Positions 12,024 to 22,053 of a DNA stretch of 64,000 bases are shown here, piece by piece. Position 1 is the stretch's first letter. Each line of letters starts with the position of its first letter. The notes under the pieces are model-generated. The model had not been told where the DNA came from and searched no databases. It saw only the letters and a list, made by a program, of their open reading frames with translations. The translations under genes were made by a program, and so were the position numbers. The DNA is from Squalus acanthias (Eukaryota): contig JASTWF010000353.1 in assembly GCA_030390025.1 (NCBI GenBank), positions 372,001 through 436,000 on the forward strand, given 5' to 3'.

Positions 12024-13834
12024 TCATGGGGCACTCTTAGACGGTCCTGCGGCACCTACGGGGCCGGTTGCGACCGCCACCTGTCCACGCGCATTCAAGA
12101 CCAGCTTACGCATGGCTCCTAACACTGCTTCGAGGTCGTCGGGAGGGGTGGGTGCCTTGGCTTCCTTAGCCGGGACAGGCGCCTGGGCTCGCACCGCGGG
12201 ACTTTTATCCTTGGAATCCTTCCAAGGGTTCCTGCAATGCTTGCGCCAGTGCCCTGTCTTCCCACACCCGTAACAAGCATTACTTGCCTGTGGGGCGCGA
12301 TTACCCTCCTGATGCCACTCTCTTTGATACGGGGCTGCGGGTCGTACCTCATGTACTCTTCCCTTAAGGGGACGTGTTGCCATACCCCTTATATTGCGAT
12401 AACCTAACGTGAGTCGATTCAAGACCGACTCTTCCGTAATGTTGAGGTCATTGGGATCAAACCATGCTTTTGCCTGCTCTCTAACGGCTGGTAAACTGTT
12501 GGCTATTATGCACCTAAGCCAATGAGTTAAAGCGGCGCCTTCCACATCTTCGCGCTCGGGCGCACCTAGACAGCTGCGCTCATATACTGGCCACAGCCTG
12601 TCGGCAAAAACCTTCGGGGGTTCTCCCTCCATCTGCACTGTCTGTCCCACTCTAGCAAACGGACCTTCGTCGTTCGCCCCAACACTTCTAGGACCTCGTT
12701 CTTTAATTCCTCATAACTCTTGGTTCCCCTCTTGCTCTCGCCTGAGAGACACTGAAGGACCGAGCTGTCTAATGAGAACAGCAGCATTTTTGCTGTCTCC
12801 CCATCATCGCAGCCGTTAATGGCTGCGGCTTGCTCAACTTCTCTGAAATGTACGGAAGGGTCGTCTATCTCGGTCAGCTTCCGTACGTGATTTATCATAG
12901 CTCTCAGCTGATGTGAACTGTGAGGCAACACCAGCTGTCCGAGGAGATCCCCCGGTTCTTCCCCACCGTTTCTGCTTGGGCCCCTTTTAATACCCGTTAC
13001 TGGATACAACGATCCCTTTTCTACTTCCTTTTCAATGGGCTCTTTTGTTTCTTCCATTGCTTCCTCCCTAACCCAGGTTTCTGAATAGCTGGGTGGCGCG
13101 GAGGGCGCAGTGGCTACTACTTCTTCTGCTTTACTTGGTGGGGATTTTCTAAATCTCTCATTTACTAGCGGCTGGTGCGCCGACGGATTGATAAGGCACA
13201 CCATGCCGTTCGCATTGTTCACGGCCTTTTTGAGGTGCTCTATCTCCCTTTGGCAGGCGCTATGATCGGCTCCCTGAAACTTATCCTCAAGGGCCAACTT
13301 ATATGCCGACCTAACCCCCATTAAGCTCTCTTCTTGAGTTCTTATCTGGGCAGCTTGGCGGTTACATCTTTCCTTTAACCTGCTCTCATTCAATTTTGCC
13401 TCAGTGACCTGGCACTCGAGATAATCTATCCTTGTTTTAAGGTGACTGGAGACTTCCTGGCTTTCTTGGTGTAACTCATTTAAATTCTTAATGAGCACCT
13501 CCCCTCCAGAAACCTTCTCCTCCATTTCTCCCTCTAAATGACTGATTCGAGCTACTAGCGCTGTAATGGTCTGGTTTGAAATCTGAACCTGTCTTTTGTA
13601 ACACATAAGCCAGACTGCTTTCTCAAGTGTCTTTCTATGTTCTTTACTATCTGTCCACCTTTCAGCTGCCTCTAGTGGGCTCTTGTCCGCTAACAATTCA
13701 CTTATCCATTTCTTAGTTAGATTAACCTTTCCAAACACATAATCCGCTATCTTTTCCTGCATAACATTTCGTACAGTCATTCCAAAATCTAACACACTAC
13801 CCTCTCGCTGCCAGTGTCCTGCCGCGGTCGCCAT
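12024..13834 (-). pseudogene. gag: Provirus B gag, with a 1-bp deletion in a C-run near 12678
   Basis: ORFs 12566-13885 and 12024-12650 together match A gag; CYGCGKTGHWRKHC knuckle; PSAPPSY. Confidence 0.9.
13816..13833 (-). promoter_or_regulatory. Primer binding site of B, tRNA-Arg(TCG)
   Basis: TGGCGACCGCGGCAGGAC, 5 nt after the 5' LTR; complementary to the vertebrate tRNA-Arg(TCG) 3' end ...GTCCTGCCGCGGTCG-CCA (recalled sequence). Confidence 0.85.
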
Positions 13835-13838
13835 TTTC

Positions 13839-15561
13839 TGTAAGGGATTCCTGACCCTGCGTGTCTCGCAGCCTGTGAGATTCACGCGGCTCTGTGCAGC
13901 CTGTATGTCAGTGCGGGTCTAGGCCTTGTTGCCTGTTCTGGTCTCCAGCCAGTCTGGGAACACTAGACACACCTGTGAGTGGTTCGAATCACTCTCCCTT
14001 ACGGTTCTAGACACTGGACTTAGATGCGAGAGCAGTAATGGAGATAAAACTCATGTAGACTTGGTTTGAATGGTACGAAATGGAAAATCTTTATTGCATG
14101 ATACTTAAAATTATGAAGTACATGTCATAAGCACAGATTAATGACAGTACAATCTTACAAACAGTTATATAGTCGATCTTAGGGAAACGAGGAACGAACG
14201 GCACAAAGTAAATAGGGGCACACATTACAAATATCCTTAATCCTTAAACCCTCCCCTATCAATATCTATCCTAAACTAGATTCGTAGGATCTCGAGACTC
14301 ATGCTCACCACTCGTGATAACTCGGAGAAATTCCGAATAGCTGATCGGATGTTTTTCACCGCAGCACCCACGTGTCGGTCAGGAGATCTCCTGGTCCCAC
14401 TTGTTTACTTGCTTCTGCTGCTCCGGCTAGCAGGCTGGACCGTCTGCTGTGATGAAGACCTGTGTTGGTTGGCTTAACAGGTACTCTTGGAGCACAGTTG
14501 TCAATATCATCGATACGATGTGTTTTCACGTTCCAGTTACCCTGGACACAGTCCAGTTATCGTCGATGCAATATGTTTTGTTATAAGTTCAAAAGAGAAA
14601 TCTTCTGGCGAGGAAAACTTGGCTAATCGACCTACAGGCGCGGTCGGGATTTACTGACCGTGGCGATGGATATGGTCTTCCTCTCTTCTCATCTCATCTC
14701 ATCTCATCTCATCTCATCTCGGGCCTTCGGTTCCGCTGCCAGTTACCAACATAGGTCTTCGTTACGCGACACGAGGTAGATCCGAACGGATCAGAAAAGT
14801 TCAACAGTCTTTTCAGAAGAGGCGACAGGCAAGCAGAAGCCCATCTACGAGTACACAGGAGCAGCCACGAGGTTACGAATCGACCGGATAAAAACACAGG
14901 AGCAAGCGAGCGAATGCAAGAGCAAGAGAGAGAATGGACGGTTTGGAGCCTGCAATTATAGTGCAAAAATCTTCCGTTTCCCGCCCAACTATAATGTCCA
15001 TTCTTTTGTTTAGGGTTTGGCGCCCAAATGTCTTGTATGGGTGATCTCCGTTCTTAATGGGTTTCGGGGCTACTCGTAAATGTCTGAGTACCTGTTAATA
15101 TTTCTCCCATTGTTAAATCGGTCGGTGTTCTCCCTGGAGGGGTTTGGGGCTTCCAAGTGTCCTGTATAACTACCTGCTAACGGCTCTCTCATCGTAGAGT
15201 CGTTGGGATTTTACATATTAATGCCCTTTGGATGGGCCCTTGATTACTCGGTACAATGGCTTTCCTTTGTACCTGGGAGACCGATTCCAGTATCTATGTT
15301 TATACTGCAAACCCATAATGTCTCGTGTATTATCTTCACTGTGCTGCATCTTAATCGATCTTGCACAAATGTTTATTGGAACGCCATCTTGTCTGCCTGT
15401 TGAAAAGTCTAGAATGTTCTGTCACGAGGTGCGGCGGCCATTTTACAGGCTGCTTGTGTCCAATTTAAACCTGCCAGCATTCTGCTGAAATAAAAGCTGT
15501 TTGAACGAAACTTTGTGTTTTCTCCTTATTAATCAACTCGCGATATATTGCGAATTCTACA
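13839..15561 (-). repeat. Provirus B 5' LTR (1723 bp)
   Basis: TG...CA; candidate TATA 14952-14964, splice donor 14303-14310, AATAAA 14090-14095. Confidence 0.96.
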
Positions 15562-15565
15562 ATCG

Positions 15566-17543
15566 CCAGGGCAAGGTTTGCCGCAGGGTGATAAACTCCA
15601 CACCCCGTGAGTCGTTCGCCAGCAGATACTGTGCTAGACCCATCAACATAAATCTCGCGCCCAGTGGGATGTATCCCGGCCCATAAACCTATGTTGACGT
15701 CCCACACCCCTTCCACCGAACACCGGTGGGCTGTACCGGGGTATACCAAATTGGCCGCAAGCCTGGGCTCGCAAAGACCTTTTACTCTAAGATCCAACTG
15801 GGAGAGAAGAAGGGTCCAGCGCGCAATGCGCACGCTGCTTACGGTCCCATCTTTAATCCTCCCATCCAGAAGCATCTTAGTTGGTGTGTGATGTGTGAGG
15901 AGAGTGATGGGAGAGAGCCCTGTGAAGATCGCTGATCTTTTCACAGCCCAATGCGTGGCTAAAAGGTGCCTTTCGCAATTGGAGAAACTTCTCTCCACAT
16001 CCGTTAACACCCTGGATGAATAGACAACCGGCCTCAGCTTGCCGTGACGCTCTTGGAGCAGCACAGCGCTCAAGCTGTCTCCGCTGGCAGCTACCTCCAG
16101 GAAAAACTCCTTCCCCCCATCTATGGCCCCTAAGGCTGGCGCGGTCTGCAGATCCCTTTTTAACTTCTCGAAGGCTGCTTGGCAGCCCTCGTCCCAAGAC
16201 CACTCCACCCCCTTATGGAGGAGTCGGAGGAGCGGCGCTGCTGTGGCCGCATAGTCTTCGATAAAGTCCCTGCAGTAACCGGTCAGTCCCAAGAAGGACC
16301 TCACACCCCTTATGTTGTTGGGAATCGGTAATTCTTGCACCGACTCCCTCCTCGCTTTGTCTATGGCTCTTTCCCCAGCGCGTATGGTCAGTCCCAGGAA
16401 TTTTACTTCCCGCTGACCGATACGTGCTTTCTTAGGATTTATTTTAAAACCCTTTCTCGCTAGCAGCTCCAATAACTCGTCCAGTAGTGGTCCATGCTCC
16501 TCCCTTGAGTCCGTAAATAGGAGCAAATCATCCACGTACTGCACTATCTGATTGGGCTGACTAAACTCCTTTAAACTTCCTGCCATACACTGATGGAAAA
16601 TACTGGGGCTATTGTGGAAACCCTGTGGCAGACAGTTCCATGTGTACTGTTGTCCTTTGAAAGTAAAGGCAAACTTGTACTGGTCCTCTCGCCTCAGCGG
16701 GATGGACCAAAAACCGTTCGAGATATCCAGCACCGTGAACGTGGTCGCGGACGCTGGGATGCTCCCTATTAGGTCAGCAACTGCTGCTACCGTGGGCGCG
16801 CAGGCGGGAATGTTACTGTTAAGGACTCTGTAGTCCACCGTGGCTCTCCACGAATTATCCGGCTTCCTAACCGGCCATAATGGGGAGTTCACGTGTGTGG
16901 CTATCGGCCTCAACACGCCCTGCTGCACCAAGGAGGACATTGCTGTCTCCATATCAGGTTCTGCTTCTTTGGGGAAGTTATACTGCTTTTCGGCTCGGGT
17001 CATGGGGTCCCCATCTACGCTGACCTCAAACCCGATAACCCTCCCACAATCGTGCTTGTGGGTTGCAAACGCGTGCATATTATCTGACACGTACGTTTGC
17101 ATGTCCGTTGGGACATCTGCGACCATAAGCCTGAGGTCGTAGCCTCCGGATGGCTGTACGGTACACAGGACCCCTGTTTCTTCCTCCCCCGGAATCACTA
17201 CTACCTCGCCTTTTTCACCCTTAGCCCCCCAGAGACAGTGATTTCTGAGGTCCACGAGGATCCCGTGTCCCGATAGAAGATCAGACCCGAGAATACCTCT
17301 TCCACCCCCCTCCTGCCATTCCATCAGTATACACTTCCACTTAAGGTGAAGTGCTCCCAAACGAATGGATAGCGGAAGGGAGAACGCGCCAGCCTGTTCT
17401 TTTCCTGTGAATCCCGCTAACGTGAATGGGACCCTGGTAGATAGCGGCGAGTCAAAAGGGCTATCTGTATGGATTATGGTGCAAGAAGCTCCCGTGTCCA
17501 ACAAATAACTACCCCTCTGTTTCTCTACCTCCATCTCCACCAA
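15566..17543 (-). CDS. pol: Provirus A pol, 5' part: PR, RT, tether, start of RNase H
   Basis: LLDTGAS, QYVDD, IYVDGSS. The ORF-track tail 15465-15561 is read-in from the B LTR. Confidence 0.93.
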
Positions 17544-17603
17544 AGGTCGCTTCCACGCATCATAGCTAAGCGGACACAGGTAGACGGGCTGCGCGGGTTC
17601 TAG

Positions 17604-19412
17604 TCATGGGGTACTATTAGACGGTCCTGCGGCACCTACGGGGCCGGTTGCGACCGCCACCTTTCCATGTGCACTCAAAAGATTGCGCATGGCTCCTAAC
17701 ACTACTTCGAGGTCGTCGGGAGGGGTGGGTGCATTAGCTTCCCTAGCCGGGACAGGCGCCTGGGCTCGGACCGCGGGATTTTTATCCTTGGAATCTTTCC
17801 AAGGGTTCCTGCAATGCTTGCGCCAGTGCCCTGTCTTCCCACACCCGTAACAAGCATTACTTGCCTGTGGGGCGCGATTACCCTCCTGATGCCACTCTCT
17901 TTGATACGGGGCTGCGGGTCGTACCTCATGTACTTTTCCCTTAAGGGGACGTGTTGCCATACCCCTTATATTGCGATATCCTAACGTGAGTCGATTCAAG
18001 ACCGACTCTTCCGTAATGTTGGGGTCATTGGGATCAAACCATGCTTTTGCCTGCTCTCTGACGGCTGGTAAACTGTTGGCTATTATGCACCTAAGCCAAT
18101 GAGCTAAACCGGCGCCTTCCACATCTTCGCGCTCGGGCGCACCTAGACAGCTGCGCTCATATACTGGCCACAGCCTGTCGGCAAAAACCTTCGGGGGTTC
18201 TCCCTCCATCTGCACTGTCTGTCCCACTCTAGCAAACGGACCTTCATCGTTCGCCCCCAACACTTCCAGGACCTCATTCTTTAATGCCTCATAAGTCTTG
18301 GTTCCCCTCTTGCTCTCGCCTGAGAGACACTGAAGGACCGAGCTGTCTAATGAGAACAGCAGCATTTTTGCTGTTTCCCCATCATCGCAGCCGTTAATGG
18401 CTGCGGCTTGCTCAACTTCTCTGAAATGTACGGAAGGGTCGTCTGACTCGGTCAGCTTCCGTACGTGATTTATCATAGCTCTCAGCTGGTGTGAGCTGTG
18501 AGGCAACACAAGCTGTCCGAGGAGATCCCCTGGTTCTTCCCCACCGTTTCTGTTTGGGCCCCTTTTAATACCCGTTACTGGATACAACGGTCCCTTTTCC
18601 ACTTCTTTCTCAATGGGCTCTTTCGTTTCTTCCATTGCTTCCTCCCTAACCCAGGTTTCCGAGTAGCTGGGTGGCGCGGAGGGCGCAGTGGCTACTACTT
18701 CCTCTGCTTTACTTGGTGGGGATTTCTTAAACTTCTCACTTACTAGCGGCTGGTGTGCTGACGGACTGATAAGGCACACCATGCCGTGCGCTTTGTTCAC
18801 GGCCTTTTTGAGGTGCTCTATCTCTTTTTGGCAGGCGCTATGATCGGCTCCCTGAAACTTATCCTCAAGGGCCAACTTATATGCCGCCCTAACCCCCTTT
18901 AAGCTCTCTTCCTGAGTTCTTATCTGGGCAGCTTGGCGGGCACATCTTTCCTTTAACCTGCTCTCATTTAACTTTGCCTCAGTGACCTGGCACTCGAGGT
19001 AATCTATCCTTGTTTTATGGTGACTGGAGATTTCCTGGCGTTCTTGGTGCAACGCACTTAAATTCCTAATGAGCATTTCCCCTCCAGAAACCTTCTCATC
19101 CATTTCTCCCTCTAAATGACTGATTCGAGCTACTAGCGCTGTAATGGTCTGGTTTGAAATCTGAACCTGCCTTTTGTAACACATTAGCCAGACTGCTTTC
19201 TCGAGTGTCTTTTTATGTTCTTTACTATCTGTCCACCTTTCGGCTGCCTCTAGCGGGCTTTTATCCGCTAACAATTCACTTATCCATTTCTTAGTTAGAT
19301 TAACCTTTCCGAACACATAATCAGCTATCTTTTCCTGCATAACATTTCGTACAGTCATTCCAAAGTCTAACACACTACCCTCTCGCTGCCAGTGTCCTGC
19401 CGCGGTCGCCAT
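17604..19412 (-). CDS. gag: Provirus A intact Gag (602 aa)
   Basis: ATG just after the 5' LTR; coiled-coil N-terminal half; PSAPPSY; one CX2CX4HX4C knuckle; ends TGA-CTAG in frame with pol. Confidence 0.93.
   Translation of the reverse strand: MATAAGHWQREGSVLDFGMTVRNVMQEKIADYVFGKVNLTKKWISELLADKSPLEAAERWTDSKEHKKTLEKAVWLMCYKRQVQISNQTITALVARISHLEGEMDEKVSGGEMLIRNLSALHQERQEISSHHKTRIDYLECQVTEAKLNESRLKERCARQAAQIRTQEESLKGVRAAYKLALEDKFQGADHSACQKEIEHLKKAVNKAHGMVCLISPSAHQPLVSEKFKKSPPSKAEEVVATAPSAPPSYSETWVREEAMEETKEPIEKEVEKGPLYPVTGIKRGPNRNGGEEPGDLLGQLVLPHSSHQLRAMINHVRKLTESDDPSVHFREVEQAAAINGCDDGETAKMLLFSLDSSVLQCLSGESKRGTKTYEALKNEVLEVLGANDEGPFARVGQTVQMEGEPPKVFADRLWPVYERSCLGAPEREDVEGAGLAHWLRCIIANSLPAVREQAKAWFDPNDPNITEESVLNRLTLGYRNIRGMATRPLKGKVHEVRPAAPYQREWHQEGNRAPQASNACYGCGKTGHWRKHCRNPWKDSKDKNPAVRAQAPVPAREANAPTPPDDLEVVLGAMRNLLSAHGKVAVATGPVGAAGPSNSTP
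19394..19411 (-). promoter_or_regulatory. PBS of A, tRNA-Arg(TCG)
   Basis: TGGCGACCGCGGCAGGAC. Confidence 0.85.
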
Positions 19413-19416
19413 TTTC

Positions 19417-21065
19417 TGTAAGGGATTCTGGCCCTGCGTGTCTCGCAGCCTGTGAGATTCACGCGGCTCTGTGCAGCCTGTATGTCAGTGCGGGTTTAGG
19501 CCTTGTTGCCTGTTCTGGTCTCCAGCCAGTCTGGGAGCACTAGACACACCTGTGAGTGGTTCGAATCACTCGCCCTTACGGTTCTAGACACTGGACTTAG
19601 ATGCGAGAGCAGTAATGGAGATGAAACTCATGTAGACTCGGTTGAATGGTACGAAATGGAAAATCTTTATTGCATGATATTTAGGATTACGAAATACATG
19701 TCATAAGTACAGATTAATGACAGTACAATCTTACAAGCAGTTATATAGCTGATCCTAGGGAAACGAGGAACGAACGACACACCGTAAATAGGGGCACACA
19801 TTACAAGTATCCTTAATACTTAAACCCTCCCCTATCAATATCTGTCCTAACTAGATTCGTAGGATTTCGAGACTCATGCTCACCACTCGTGATAACTCGG
19901 AGAAATTCCGAATAGCTGATCGGATGTTTTTCACCGCAGCACCCACGTGTCGGTCAGGAGATCTCCTGGTCCCACTTGTTTACTTGCTTCTGCTCCGGCT
20001 AGCAGGCTGGACCGTCTGCTGTGATGAAGATCTGTGTTGGTTTAACAGGTACCTTTCCGAATAGGTTTCACAGACCAGTCAATATCATCGGTGATGATCC
20101 GTTCTTGCAAGTTCAAAGAAGTCTTCCTGGCAAGGAAAACTTGGCTATTCGACCTACAGGCGCGGTCGGGATTTACTGACCGTGGCGATGAGTATGGTCT
20201 TCCTCTCTTCTCATCTCATCTCATCTCATCTCATCTCATCTCATCTCGGGCCTTTGGTTCCGCTGCCAGTTACCAACATAGGTCTTCATTACGCGACACG
20301 AGGTAGATCCGAACGGATCAGAAAGTTCAACAGTCCTTTTCAAAGAGGCACCAGGCAAGCAGGAACCAGACTACGAGTCAAAACGCAGGGGCAGCCACGA
20401 GGTTACGAGTCGATCGGATAAGAGAATAAGAGAGAGATGGACGGTTGGAGCTTGTAATTATAGTACAAAATCTTCCGTTTCCCGCCCAACCTTAATGTCC
20501 TTTCTTTTGTTTGGGTCTGGCGCTCAAATGTCTTGTATGGGTGATCTCCGTTCTTAATGGGTTTCGGGGCTACTCGTAAATGTCTGAGTACCTGTTAATA
20601 TTTCTCCCATTGTTAAATCGGTCGGTGTTCTCCCTGGAGGGGTTGTGGGGCTTCCAAGTGTTTTGTATAACTACCTGCTAACGGCTCTCTCATCGTAGAG
20701 TCGTTGGGATTTTACATATTAATGTCTTTTGGATGGGCCCTTGATTACTCGGTACAATGGCTTTCATTCGTACCTGGGAGACCGATTTCAGTATTTATGT
20801 GTATACTGCAAACCCATAATGTCTCGTGTATTATCTTCACTGTGCTGAATCTTAATCGATCTTGCACAAATGTTTATTGGAACGCCATCTTGTCTGCCTG
20901 TCGAAAAGTCTAGAATGTTCTGTCACGAGGTGCGGCGGCCATTTTACAGGCTGCTTGTGTCCACTTTGAGAAACCTGACCGCATTCTGCTGAAATAAAAG
21001 CTGTTTGAACGGGACTCTGTGTTTTCTCCTTATTAATAAAATCGCGATAAATTGCGAATTCTACA
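19417..21065 (-). repeat. Provirus A 5' LTR
   Basis: TGTAAGGG...TTCTACA; homologous to the B LTR with a divergent middle. Confidence 0.93.
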
Positions 21066-21603
21066 AAACTTCCTGTATGGGGTGATCTCAGTCTTTAATG
21101 GGTTTCGGTGACACTTGTAACTGTCTGAGTACCCGTTAATATTTCTCCCATTGTGGAACCGGCTAGTAGTCTCCCTGGAGGGGTTTTGGGGCTTCCAAAT
21201 GCTTACTGTAAGTACCCGCAAACAGCTCTCTCATCTTAGAGCCGTGGGGATTTTGCATATTAATGTCTTTGGATGGGTCCTTGATCGCTCAGTACAATAG
21301 CCCTTATTCTCACCTGGGAGACCGATTCCAGTATTTATGTTTAAAATGCAAACCCATCATGTCTTGTCAATTATCTCAAATGTGCTGAGTCCTGTACGAT
21401 CTTGCACAAATGTTTATTGGAACGCCATCTTGTCTGCCCACTGAAAGTCTAGAACTTTCTGCCACGAGGCGTGGCGGCCATTTTACAGGCTGTTTGTGTC
21501 CGTTTTGAAACCTGACAGCATTCTGCTGAAATAAAGCTGTTTGTACGAAACTTTATGTCTCCTTCTTATTTTATAAAATCGCAATAATTTTGCGAATTCT
21601 ACA
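21066..21603 (-). repeat. Remaining U3 part of the provirus C 3' LTR, interrupted by provirus A
   Basis: Starts mid-LTR (AAACTTCCTGTATGG), ends TTCTACA, followed by the PPT. Confidence 0.9.
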
Positions 21604-22053
21604 GTCCCTCCTGTTGATGCGAATAACTCCGCTTATCGTATCAAAAACATTGTGGTGAGCAATATTATCTCGATTCTCCAAAACCAAAAATACCCATAAC
21701 TTAAAACTATCTAGGGTCTCCGTGTCGTCCTTATTTCCCAGGAAAATTACATTCTTATAACACCGTAGGCAGCATTTGCCTTTAACTTACACCGCGTGCA
21801 TTTCCTTCCAGGTGTAACCAGGCCGATGCCTCTCGCACCACCTGCATATGCATATTTTTTATTCAAGGAAAAAAAGAAAACAAAAAACCAACCAAACAAA
21901 TCATATTCAACAACACCAAACCAAAATAATCAAAACCAACTCTTAAACATGTAGAGTTCCAAACTTAATTACAGTTTCTGAGAAAAATCACGGTCGATTA
22001 CAACAATTCCGAGGCGCACGTGGAAAAAACTGGAGTGACGCCATTTTGTCTGT

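Larger units (their letters stand above)
2582..15561 (-). mobile_element. Provirus B, full length, inserted in the RNase H region of provirus A
   Basis: Paired LTRs; 4-bp TSD ATCG at 2578-2581 and 15562-15565; gag-pol-env between them. Confidence 0.97.
1..21065 (-). mobile_element. Provirus A (lokiretrovirus-like ERV), interrupted by provirus B at 2582-15561; env and 3' LTR lie left of the window
   Basis: 5' LTR 19417-21065, PBS 19394-19411, intact gag, pol split by B with ATCG TSD. Right flank (AAAC...) continues as the remainder of another LTR. Confidence 0.93.

Noticed and set aside
13835..13885. Gag start inside the LTR (MNLTGCETRR...)
   Set aside because: Uses a non-ATG start and is not conserved in the A, C or E ORF calls
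15465..15561. Apparent novel C-terminus of A pol (and N-terminus of ORF 47923, C-terminus of ORF 33956-35269)
   Set aside because: Artefacts of reading across insertion junctions into LTR sequence
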